DNA from: a virus
Taxonomy: Duplodnaviria; Caudoviricetes
Reading direction: 5' to 3' (one strand)
Length of the DNA: 46,210 nt
IMG/VR virus record: IMGVR_UViG_3300032118_000841
Coordinates: 1-46,210 of that record
Position 1 is the first letter of the stretch, and every line of letters begins with the position of its first letter. Positions 1-7,758 of this stretch are shown in pieces. The notes beneath the pieces are model-generated. The model was not told where the DNA came from and did not search any database. It worked only from the letters and a program-made list of their open reading frames with translations. Made by a program: the position numbers and the translations under genes.

Positions 1-253
1 CACAATCAAAGATGAAACATGCTCTATGCAAATAATCATTATATCTTTCAATGTTCTCATTCGCACCGTAGTTCCTTTTTGCTACTGCATCTGAAACATT
101 TACGATATCTATTATTATTGGTTTTTCACCAGACATGTTTATTGCGTGTAATAACCTTCTTATATTATAATAGAAATCATCACTTTCTGTTGTAACTCTA
201 GGAAACATCCGTGTGAAATAATATCGATAGTGCCTATGGAAAAATGTTACCAT
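1..253. repeat. Direct terminal repeat / circular overlap, copy A
   Basis: Matches 45958-46210 except at 2 positions (89 a vs 46046 g; 126 t vs 46083 g). Confidence 0.97.
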
Positions 254-529
254 CTGTCTCAATTGATTTGGAAGATAGAATAATATAAGTTTTGTATTTT
301 TCGCATAAACTCGTGGAAAACAATCAACAAGCCCCAAATGTATTATAACATATTTACAGTCTGGTTCAATTTTATATTCATCGCTTGTTTTTTTACTATA
401 CCCACACGTTCTTATGATTTCATACTTTTTACTCAAAATGTATGGGTAAGTATCTTTATATAATATGCCCTCATCCTTGCGATGAAGTGATAATGAATCA
501 CCAATTATCTGAATCCTGGTTTTTTCCAT
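1..529 (-). CDS. SGNH/GDSL hydrolase or acyltransferase, 5' part (continues across the junction to 45830; 218 aa)
   Basis: ATG at 529 reads MEKTRIQIIGDSLSLH (GDSL motif), in frame with MVTFF at 253; the C-terminal part has DGQH (DxxH). Confidence 0.85.
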   Translation of the reverse strand, partial: MEKTRIQIIGDSLSLHRKDEGILYKDTYPYILSKKYEIIRTCGYSKKTSDEYKIEPDCKYVIIHLGLVDCFPRVYAKNTKLILFYLPNQLRQMVTFFHRHYRYYFTRMFPRVTTESDDFYYNIRRLLHAINMSGEKPIIIDIVNVSDAVAKRNYGANENIERYNDYLHRACFIFDC

Positions 530-1713
530 TCTATGACCTTCCTAATTGTATTTGCGGTTATTTCCGCACTATTTCCAAAGTATGATAATTTTTTATTGAG
601 ATAGTTTTTTCTGTGAATTGCAAAACACTCTCTGCCTAATTCTCGTAATAATCTTCTTAGTGTTACATTGAACTGTTGTATATCAGTAACGTTCTGTGCA
701 ACGCCCTCGAGTTGATTAAAGAAATCAACGAACTCTGGGTGAATTATTATTATTGGAACACCCGCAACTACTGCCTCAAATGATGTATAAGATGCCATTG
801 ATACCTGAACGTCTGCAATTTTTAATAAATCAGACATTGATGCAGTTTGTGTAATACTATAATTTGCACCCATTTGACTTCCAAATATAACCATCGAATA
901 TGTTTTTATATCTTCTGATGGGTGAACCTTAATTATAAAATGAATACCAGGATTTTGCGAAATAATACCCCACAACATCCCATACATTTCTGTTACTTGA
1001 TTTCTTGTTAAAATTCCCATATCCATTAATTTATTATATGGTTGTGTGCAAATCAACACAACTGGTTCTTTAACATCAATCCTTACCTTTTGATTATAGA
1101 ATTTGTCCAATAGCGGATTTCCCACTGAAAACGTATTTGATGTATCTTTTATTTGATTTGAAAACTCCGCACTCCAAAATAAATTATAATTTGTTTTTCT
1201 TTCATTTCCATAGTATTGCTGTCGTCTGCCTATCGGTGTATGCAATAATTTATTAAATAGTGAATATGCCACTATTCTGGAAATCTTTTCTTTCCACGTT
1301 TCGGGTGCAACTTCCAAGAAACTCGGTTGCATGATAAAAAACGGTCTGTTATGTTTAACCGCCCATTCGTTACATAGCCGTGTAACAAGCCCCCCCATAT
1401 CGGAGGTAGTTATAATTGCATCTGGATTTAAAAAATTCATTCTATCATTGATGTGTCTCTTTAATATCTTTACAGACTTAACGGTTTTTAACACATTTCT
1501 TGATTTTATATTATCATATGCAGTTGTTACCAAATTCTTGTTTATTCGCAATGTCATATCAAAATTATCTGGAACGGCAACCCCGTTGGGTTCTTCCTCG
1601 TTTGTGTCAATATAGAAGTTCACGCCAACTTTCTTTATTTCCTTTGCGATACTGGAGAGTATCGGTAACGATAAATAACGAGGAAGTCCGATATATGCGA
1701 CTTTTATGGTTAT
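505..1713 (-). CDS. GT-B fold glycosyltransferase-like protein (glycerophosphotransferase/sialyltransferase/capsule-type)
   Basis: C-terminal VLICTQP, IKVHPSE, ADVQVSMASYTSFEAVVAGVP; frame is open 30 codons upstream of the called GTG (1623) to an ATA at 1713 behind GGGGAGG. Confidence 0.7.
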   Translation of the reverse strand: MTIKVAYIGLPRYLSLPILSSIAKEIKKVGVNFYIDTNEEEPNGVAVPDNFDMTLRINKNLVTTAYDNIKSRNVLKTVKSVKILKRHINDRMNFLNPDAIITTSDMGGLVTRLCNEWAVKHNRPFFIMQPSFLEVAPETWKEKISRIVAYSLFNKLLHTPIGRRQQYYGNERKTNYNLFWSAEFSNQIKDTSNTFSVGNPLLDKFYNQKVRIDVKEPVVLICTQPYNKLMDMGILTRNQVTEMYGMLWGIISQNPGIHFIIKVHPSEDIKTYSMVIFGSQMGANYSITQTASMSDLLKIADVQVSMASYTSFEAVVAGVPIIIIHPEFVDFFNQLEGVAQNVTDIQQFNVTLRRLLRELGRECFAIHRKNYLNKKLSYFGNSAEITANTIRKVIEWKKPGFR

Positions 1714-2105
1714 GTTGAACCCTCCCCGTATTTCACTCGTTCCTCCAATCTTACTAGTTTTTTCCGTTTCGCTTTTTCAACTAATTCATTTCCTATCATT
1801 AAACGTAATTGTGCCATCATTATCTCAACATCTGCAATTTCAGATGCAACGTCATCCTCATTTGAACCATTAACTAATCGTCTTAATTTTGCCAGTTTCA
1901 CGATGAGTTCGCCTAGTTCTTCTATCGCCATATTGAGTTGTGCTTCATATCCCCAAAGGTTTAATGCACGTTGATATATTGATTTATTGCAAACACCAGT
2001 TCCTTCACACTCGTCACACACGTCATTTAATTCGTGTTCATGGTCACCATCTTGATATTTATAATATATTATACCGCTTCCATTGCATTTATTGCATTTT
2101 AACAT
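1710..2105 (-). CDS. MazG-like NTP pyrophosphohydrolase with N-terminal DnaJ-type zinc finger
   Basis: EELGEL...EIADV acidic motifs; CxxCxGxG twice. Confidence 0.8.
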   Translation of the reverse strand: MLKCNKCNGSGIIYYKYQDGDHEHELNDVCDECEGTGVCNKSIYQRALNLWGYEAQLNMAIEELGELIVKLAKLRRLVNGSNEDDVASEIADVEIMMAQLRLMIGNELVEKAKRKKLVRLEERVKYGEGST

Positions 2106-2248
2106 GATGCCCCTTCCTCTTTTTTCTCTATTTCACCCGTTCCATTGCACCTATCGCAGAACTCCCACATTGCATCCACGCCAGTTGAGGTTATCCATAG
2201 GATTCCACCCTCTCCATTGCATTTGTCACATTTTTTATTTTTGCTCAT
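2099..2248 (-). CDS. Small DnaJ-type zinc-finger protein (49 aa)
   Basis: CDKCNGEG...CDRCNGTG; ATG at 2248 overlaps the upstream stop. Confidence 0.7.
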   Translation of the reverse strand: MSKNKKCDKCNGEGGILWITSTGVDAMWEFCDRCNGTGEIEKKEEGASC

Positions 2249-2445
2249 GTTCTCACACTTGCCCAGAAAACATCCTTTGAAATAAATACTTTTGCCTGTT
2301 CGTGCATTTGTAACAGTTTCTTTCGGCATTTGTTACAAATGTAGTAACTTCTCGTTTTATCCTTTGATAAAGCAATATTTTCAGAACCATATTCTTTTGG
2401 TTTTAGTTCAATTTCACATACTTGACATTCAGTTTGAATCTGCAT
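2245..2445 (-). CDS. Small CxxC zinc-finger protein
   Basis: CQVC...CNKC; AGGTG upstream. Confidence 0.7.
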   Translation of the reverse strand: MQIQTECQVCEIELKPKEYGSENIALSKDKTRSYYICNKCRKKLLQMHEQAKVFISKDVFWASVRT

Positions 2446-2448
2446 TGT

Positions 2449-2733
2449 TCACACCTTCATGCACAGACGGCTAGTTAGAAGGACTATTGCCCCCGCCATT
2501 GCCACGAGAAACCCCAGAACAAGCGATTCTACGCATTCGAGGACCGAAGCTACGGTAATGGTCGCCCCGATGATGAAAACGCTTAAACCGCCTAGAAACT
2601 GCACTTTATCCCGTTTGCGGAGAAATACGACCTTCGGTTCACGCCATTCCTTGTATTCTTCACTGTTCATAACTTTTACCATTTCACCACCTAACTCATC
2701 TATATCCCCGTTAATCCATCCTAAGTTTCCCAT
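2449..2733 (-). CDS. Small membrane protein (2 TM)
   Basis: Two hydrophobic segments in the C-terminal half; operon packing. Confidence 0.6.
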   Translation of the reverse strand: MGNLGWINGDIDELGGEMVKVMNSEEYKEWREPKVVFLRKRDKVQFLGGLSVFIIGATITVASVLECVESLVLGFLVAMAGAIVLLTSRLCMKV

Positions 2734-2847
2734 TTAATCCGACCCCTCACTTGCGTTAATTTTTTTCAGTGTTTTTTCAATTGGAACTTTTCTATATACA
2801 ATACCGTCTTTCTTAATGAATTTTTCTTTATCCTTGTTTCGTTCCAT
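2734..2847 (-). CDS. Hypothetical micro-protein (37 aa)
   Basis: AAGGTGA RBS, then MERNKDKEKF...; stop abuts the next ATG. Confidence 0.5.
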   Translation of the reverse strand: MERNKDKEKFIKKDGIVYRKVPIEKTLKKINASEGSD

Positions 2848-2851
2848 GCCA

Positions 2852-2953
2852 TCACCTTCCGAGCAGGTATGCAATCTCATATAGTTTGAAGCAACAGATG
2901 GTTAATAGAATCAACTTAAACGCCTCGCCCAAGTTCACCGTGATTTTCATCAT
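2852..2953 (-). CDS. Hypothetical hydrophobic micro-protein (33 aa)
   Basis: First ORF after the promoter at 2998; AGGCGTGAACATG start context. Confidence 0.5.
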   Translation of the reverse strand: MMKITVNLGEAFKLILLTICCFKLYEIAYLLGR

Positions 2954-2967
2954 GTTCACGCCTATCC

Positions 2968-2998
2968 TCAATAACATCATAATTACACCCCTTTATAT
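2968..2998 (-). promoter_or_regulatory. 31-bp TATA-containing promoter element, copy 1 (leftward arm)
   Basis: ATATAAAGGGGTGTAATTATGATGTTATTGA, exact inverted copy of 9981-10011. Confidence 0.75.
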
Positions 2999-3024
2999 AC
3001 TCTCGCATAACGATTGTTAACTAC

Positions 3025-3059
3025 ATAGCAATCCCTCCCCTTATATAAACCCTTGCTAT
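3025..3059 (-). promoter_or_regulatory. Archaeal-type TATA promoter flanked by an inverted repeat
   Basis: ATAGCAA-GGGTTTATATAAGGGGAGGGA-TTGCTAT. Confidence 0.55.
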
Positions 3060-3099
3060 ATTTCGGTGAACGTGGCGGTGAACGGCAAAAAACCGCCAT

Positions 3100-4095
3100 A
3101 TATATAATATTAGAGAAATCCGCAAAAATCCGCAGAAAAGCCGAAAATAAAAAGAATTAGACCAGAAATAATTAAGTTCCAGTGGAAATATAGGTCATTA
3201 ACGATTGTTAATAATTGGTCTGTTTTTGACCCCCTTTTTGACTTTGGGCGGTTTGGGTGTTCACGGTAAATTAGCAAGACCCTGTCCGAGCAAAAAACCA
3301 GGTTCAACAGTGTTGTGCTATGGTTTTATAGACAGGGTAATTTCTACTTGTTGATTTAAAAATGGTGATTATACTAAACATAGATAAAATACCATGTCCA
3401 GAATGCAGCACTTTTGACAGGGTTACTCCGAGAGAGTGTGTGGACAGGGTAATGTTTTGGTAATTTTACCTGCTCATATATACAAATATATATATATTTA
3501 TGTATATTGGACTGTCGAAAATTGCCTGAATTAACACTTGTTAATTTTAAATTAAATAAATTAAATCTAATTCTTTGTAAATTAATTCTCTCCGAGAAGC
3601 GAAAATTAAATAAATTAATATTATATGATGTTTCATATAAAAATCAGTATTGCAACAAATTCAGGTGTGCTATCGTTGCGGGGTAGCACGACCTCCAGAA
3701 TTAGACCCCAGGATGTAAGTCACTACCCTTCCATTTTTATTTTTTCTGCGGGATTTTAATGGGGGTATATATACTTATCGCAACACTTATATAGTATATG
3801 ATTTAAAAGTATATAAAGTATATCATAAATCGAAAGGTTTATATACCCCAGATTTCCTGGATTTGCCTGAATTAACAATAGTTAACTTATATATATAAAT
3901 GTAAGTCTTTAAGATAAAAGATATATAATTATATATATAAGATAGTGTTAACCGTGCTATTCCTCCGAGGGGGAGATATATGATTATATATATAAAAGTT
4001 GAAATTGCCATTTTAAACGGTTAACATGTATCGTGCTACGAAACATAAAAAACGTGCTACGGTTAACTATCAGTAAACATAAAAAGAAAAAAAAG
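3100..4095. other. Major non-coding control region (candidate origin or packaging region)
   Basis: No credible ORF; four GACAGGGT copies, AT-only tracts, direct and inverted repeats. Confidence 0.5.
3761..3850. promoter_or_regulatory. Divergent BRE-TATA promoter pair forming an inverted repeat
   Basis: CGAAAGGTTTATATACCCC (+, 3831) and CGATAAGTATATATACCCC (-, 3780); 16/20 identical. Confidence 0.55.
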
Positions 4096-4099
4096 GATA

Positions 4100-4342
4100 T
4101 TACACACTATATACCCTTACTCTTACTCCGTATCTATTATTACTATCCGATGCGATATAGTAATTTAAACCTTCTTTATCGCATATCGTCACTATATCCC
4201 TTAATATGGGAGTAGTTATTAATTCACTGGTTACTATTATCTCGTTTCCATCTGGGTCGATTTTAGTGTTAACTCCCAGGCTCAACCGTGTTATTTCATG
4301 TCTTAATTTTCTTAATACCCGTTTTTGTTGGTTAACTAACAT
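4100..4342 (-). CDS. Hypothetical early protein (80 aa)
   Basis: ATG at 4342 follows the AAGGAGTG RBS of cassette P1. Confidence 0.8.
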   Translation of the reverse strand: MLVNQQKRVLRKLRHEITRLSLGVNTKIDPDGNEIIVTSELITTPILRDIVTICDKEGLNYYIASDSNNRYGVRVRVYSV

Positions 4343-4404
4343 ATTTTTACACACTCCTTATTATATATTATATCGCTTCTTACTTATATGCTTATGGTGT
4401 AATT
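4343..4404 (-). promoter_or_regulatory. Early promoter/RBS cassette P1
   Basis: AATTACACCATAAGCATATAAG...CGATATAATA...AAGGAGTGTGTAAAAAT-ATG; 55/62 identical to P2. Confidence 0.85.
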
Positions 4405-4487
4405 CTTACACTTTGGTTAACTGGCGGTGAACACTGGTTTTAAAGCGATTTAAAGCGTTATTCCCGTTTGGGCTACATTGCCCCGTT

Positions 4488-5225
4488 TTAACCGTTTAAA
4501 TCGTTTGGCGGGGCTGAATTAAAGGTTCTTACGTCAATATTTAATAAGTCTATAGTATCGTTATTGATAAACTTGTAGTTATTGAATTTTTCCCCGTTTA
4601 TGTCTTTAAGATAATAAGCATAATCAAAATTACTCTTATCCCTGGAGTATTCCATATTTTCTTTAATATATACCCATATACACGCTTGAACTTCAGAAGG
4701 TTTAAGGTTTAAATCCTGGGCTATATGGTTTATTATTGTTGTAATATGTCTAATATCGGTTATTGTTGGCACTCGCTTTTTATTGTTTGTGAAAAACTTA
4801 ATCATATGTGTATCGATAACTACCTGTGATAAATCGCCCCGCAACGCTAGGGTAAAAGGTTTAATCTTATTACCATGTGGTAATTTACCCGATAATATAC
4901 GCTTTATGTTCCCCTGAATAGACGTATTCACTATTCCATAATTTAACTCGTAAGGGGAATTATTATTAATTATAGACTGATAAGACATTAACGCAAAGTC
5001 TATATTTGACTTTAAATTATTTTGTTGACTTGTCACGCTGATTAGTTTAAGCATTAAATCGTAATTATACGGGAATTTATCCTTAATCATATTAAGGGAA
5101 TTTTTATACCAGTCTTTATATTTGATATATTTTAAAACTATTTCTTTTAATTCTTTATTTGTTGGTATATTATTATCTTTCCTATATTGTGTTAGTGTTA
5201 CCCTTGAATTTAATCTTTTTATCAT
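4488..5225 (-). CDS. HhH-GPD/EndoIII glycosylase-fold-like phage protein
   Basis: WY...TSQ...GNKIKPF...VVIDTHM...PSEVQACIW pattern; start revised to ATG 5225. Confidence 0.55.
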   Translation of the reverse strand: MIKRLNSRVTLTQYRKDNNIPTNKELKEIVLKYIKYKDWYKNSLNMIKDKFPYNYDLMLKLISVTSQQNNLKSNIDFALMSYQSIINNNSPYELNYGIVNTSIQGNIKRILSGKLPHGNKIKPFTLALRGDLSQVVIDTHMIKFFTNNKKRVPTITDIRHITTIINHIAQDLNLKPSEVQACIWVYIKENMEYSRDKSNFDYAYYLKDINGEKFNNYKFINNDTIDLLNIDVRTFNSAPPNDLNG

Positions 5226-5229
5226 TTTA

Positions 5230-5352
5230 TCACTTATCCTTTTTACCCGATAAATTATTAATGATATCGTCAATTAAGAATAGTTTTTTTTCTTTATTAT
5301 ACTTCTTATTTAATTCGTATATTTCTAAATAATCTTTTTTACTTAACTTCAT
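5230..5352 (-). CDS. Micro-protein (40 aa)
   Basis: AAGGAGTGA RBS; MKLSKKDYLEIY... Confidence 0.6.
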   Translation of the reverse strand: MKLSKKDYLEIYELNKKYNKEKKLFLIDDIINNLSGKKDK

Positions 5353-5366
5353 ATTTTCACTCCTTT

Positions 5367-5453
5367 TTATATCCACATAATTATTTCTATTTCATCGGGC
5401 ACTTTTTTATAGTTTTTCTTTTTGATTATGGTTAACTCCTGGTTTAACTTCAT
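5367..5453 (-). CDS. Micro-protein (28 aa)
   Basis: AAGGAGTGA RBS; MKLNQELTII... Confidence 0.5.
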   Translation of the reverse strand: MKLNQELTIIKKKNYKKVPDEIEIIMWI

Positions 5454-5457
5454 TTAA

Positions 5458-5565
5458 TCACTCCTTACCGGTTAACTGGTGAATACGGTTAGTGACTATT
5501 ACCAGTTTTTCAATAAAGATAAAATCGTTTATCTGTGATTCGTCAATAACTCCAATAACTAACAT
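5458..5565 (-). CDS. Micro-protein (35 aa)
   Basis: GGGAGG RBS; MLVIGVIDES... Confidence 0.5.
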   Translation of the reverse strand: MLVIGVIDESQINDFIFIEKLVIVTNRIHQLTGKE

Positions 5566-5567
5566 TT

Positions 5568-5684
5568 TTATAGCCTCCCTGAATTTTCGAGTATAACCAA
5601 TAGATTAAAGAGTATATCGGTATTTTTTAAATTACCAGATTCGTATTTTTCGTTTGTTTCGTTTATTAAATCTTTAATTTTCAT
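5568..5684 (-). CDS. Micro-protein (38 aa)
   Basis: Directly behind cassette P2; MKIKDLINET... Confidence 0.65.
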   Translation of the reverse strand: MKIKDLINETNEKYESGNLKNTDILFNLLVILENSGRL

Positions 5685-5746
5685 ATTTTTACACACTCCT
5701 TATATTCTATTATATCGTTTCTACCTTATATACTTATGGTGTAATT
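5685..5746 (-). promoter_or_regulatory. Early promoter/RBS cassette P2
   Basis: AATTACACCATAAGTATATAAGGTAGAAACGATATAATAG...AAGGAGTG. Confidence 0.85.
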
Positions 5747-6130
5747 TTAACATTTTGATAGTATTATCTCTTTATTTTCTAATAAATCGTATATGGAATA
5801 TTGCCCGTAAAATTTACCAGTGTTAATCGATTTTTGTTTTTCAGATAAGATTAAGATTAACTCGATAATAAATAGCTCTTTATCTTTATCGTAATATCCT
5901 CCGATATAATTATTAAACGGGAGTAATTTAAAATTTTCGTGGTAGTAAATAACCTTATTCTGGTATCTTTCAATTAAAGGTTTTTTTACCCCAACACAAA
6001 AACGTTTTTTATTGCTAGGTTTTACTTTGTTAATCTTATTATTCTTTAAGCATATCGTAAAACCAATATAGTTTTTATATGCATATCTTTCAAGTCTATT
6101 TATTATATTATTTATCTCTGTTAACTCCAT
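5747..6130 (-). CDS. Putative SAM-lyase-like early protein
   Basis: GFT...IGGYYD...FIIE...GQYSIYDL...EI spacing resembles the G-x-Y/E/Q arrangement of T3 SAMase-like proteins; AAGGAG RBS. Confidence 0.4.
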   Translation of the reverse strand: MELTEINNIINRLERYAYKNYIGFTICLKNNKINKVKPSNKKRFCVGVKKPLIERYQNKVIYYHENFKLLPFNNYIGGYYDKDKELFIIELILILSEKQKSINTGKFYGQYSIYDLLENKEIILSKC

Positions 6131-6172
6131 ATTATCAATACTCCTTTATTAAAGATTAAAGAATAAGTATAA

Positions 6173-6280
6173 TTAATTAAAAAAACCTATATGTTCTTTT
6201 AACCAGTTATACTTATTTTGTCTTTTACGTTTCAACCATCGAGAAACGCTTTTTTTCGTTTGGTTAGTTTTACTTATCAT
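6173..6280 (-). CDS. Basic micro-protein (35 aa)
   Basis: Behind cassette P3; MISKTNQTKKSVSRWLKRK... Confidence 0.55.
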   Translation of the reverse strand: MISKTNQTKKSVSRWLKRKRQNKYNWLKEHIGFFN

Positions 6281-6348
6281 TTTATCACATATCCTTTTTT
6301 CTTATACTCTATTATATCGTTTCTAGTATTTATAGTTTTTGTGCTATT
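6281..6348 (-). promoter_or_regulatory. Early promoter cassette P3
   Basis: CAAAAACTATAAATAC-TAGAAACGATATAATAG core. Confidence 0.8.
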
Positions 6349-6769
6349 ATCCCATTATGTCATAATCACGTAATTTTCTATATATATTATCGTATTTTTT
6401 AGAAGTTTTAAAGTCTATTAATTCATTTAATATAGAGTGAATACATTCGTGTGTATAAGTCTCACATATTAATTCATCTAGCGTATAATGATTATTATTA
6501 TGTTGCGTTTCGTTTCTTAATTTTTCTTTATCTTGGATATCTTTTAAGTTAATAAATATAATGTTTAAATCTGGTGATTGAAAACCATAAGAACTATTTA
6601 GTAATTCATTAACTTCACATCTAGCACGAATTTTAATTCTAGCAATATATATTTTTTTATCTTCTTGAGTTATTAGTTTATTTGTCTTATCTATATTTAG
6701 ATTTTTTAAACCTTCAAAATATAGTTTATGAAGCGTTTTTTTAGATATTATCAATTTTTCATTAATCAT
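6347..6769 (-). CDS. Small HExxH zincin-like metallopeptidase (paralog 1)
   Basis: THECIH...YDNI. Confidence 0.65.
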   Translation of the reverse strand: MINEKLIISKKTLHKLYFEGLKNLNIDKTNKLITQEDKKIYIARIKIRARCEVNELLNSSYGFQSPDLNIIFINLKDIQDKEKLRNETQHNNNHYTLDELICETYTHECIHSILNELIDFKTSKKYDNIYRKLRDYDIMG

Positions 6770-6830
6770 TTTATCATACTCCTTATTATCTATTATATCG
6801 TTTCTACTATTTATACTTTTTGAGATAGAA
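6770..6830 (-). promoter_or_regulatory. Early promoter/RBS cassette P4
   Basis: CAAAAAGTATAAATAG-TAGAAACGATATAATAG...AAGGAGT. Confidence 0.8.
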
Positions 6831-6984
6831 TAACACTTTGATATAATATCACTATTCGACCCGTTTATTTTTATTTGATTTTAGCATATTAATTAATACG
6901 GTCCGTAAATCGATTTAAATTTTTAGCATATAGTAACACGTTTTAAAAAAGATAATCGATTTTGACATACTAGCACTTTGACAT

Positions 6985-7008
6985 AATTACACGAAATGTT
7001 TAAATAAC
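6985..7008 (+). promoter_or_regulatory. Rightward BRE-TATA promoter with AATTACAC box
   Basis: AATTACAC-GAAATG-TTTAAATA, same box-to-TATA spacing as P1/P2. Confidence 0.55.
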
Positions 7009-7148
7009 AGAATGACTAAATACCATATAGTGATAATAATGAAGTGTAATAATTGGAGTAATATAATCAAAAAGGTAAAATACCATAAACCATGTAGTTA
7101 CAAATACGAATAATAGAGAAATGATAATATGTCAAAAGACTATAATAT

Positions 7149-7260
7149 CAAAACGGTAGAACTCCAAAACGGTGAACAGCCAAAACGGTTGTTTGGCTAC
7201 ACACGGACAAACGGACAAACCGACAAAACGGACAAAACGGACAAAATTGACGGACAAAAA
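7149..7260 (+). repeat. Short repeat cluster (CAAAACGGT x3; CGGACAAA-like x6)
   Basis: Directly visible; a 56-codon ORF (7129-7299) runs through it, but the repeats fall in different frames. Confidence 0.8.
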
Positions 7261-7335
7261 AGATATATAAATATGTATGAATCGGCAAAAGTAATATAAA
7301 GGTGGACCGACAAATAGATAGGTAAGGTGAAAAAA

Positions 7336-7755
7336 ATGAAATATAGATTTGGACCAGATGATTTAAAAAATAAGAAAGTCACACATAAAAATATGAAGGT
7401 AATATTTAGATTAAAGTGCAATATGAGTAATCATACATTGGGGCATCATATCGCAAAGTGGGTATATCTCGATGATGATAAAACAGAAGCGAAAATTACG
7501 ACAAACTATATCACGGTGTTTTTACCCAAGTTGTGGAGACAATATGTGTGTTATAATGAAAAAAATTACTCATTTGATGAAATATTCTCAGAGGTTGTAT
7601 CACACGAATTGCTGCATGAAGTATTGTTTCGTATAGATGGCGTTAAAGCGTGTGGAGGATTAGACAAATTAAACGGACAAAAGTATCTGTTTCGTGATGC
7701 CGAGAAAATCGGGGCAGGTATTCCGTTGAATAGAAATAACAAATCGGAGGAATAA
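7336..7755 (+). CDS. Small HExxH zincin-like metallopeptidase (paralog 2)
   Basis: SHELLH...LDKL; AGGTGA RBS before ATG 7336. Confidence 0.65.
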   Translation: MKYRFGPDDLKNKKVTHKNMKVIFRLKCNMSNHTLGHHIAKWVYLDDDKTEAKITTNYITVFLPKLWRQYVCYNEKNYSFDEIFSEVVSHELLHEVLFRIDGVKACGGLDKLNGQKYLFRDAEKIGAGIPLNRNNKSEE

Positions 7756-7758
7756 AAA

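Noticed and set aside
3110-4430. Track ORFs 3110-3307, 3823-4011, 4033-4215 and 4206-4430
   Set aside because: No RBS, low-complexity translations, overlap repeats or a better gene
4343-6830. Repeats as a CRISPR or mini-CRISPR array
   Set aside because: Spacing is 0.5-1.3 kb, the intervals are genes, and the repeats contain TATA and RBS elements
6961-7006. Bacterial sigma70 promoters (two TTGACA; TATAAT in the cassette core)
   Set aside because: No TTGACA has a good -10 at 16-18 bp and no TATAAT has a -35; the BRE-TATA reading fits all copies
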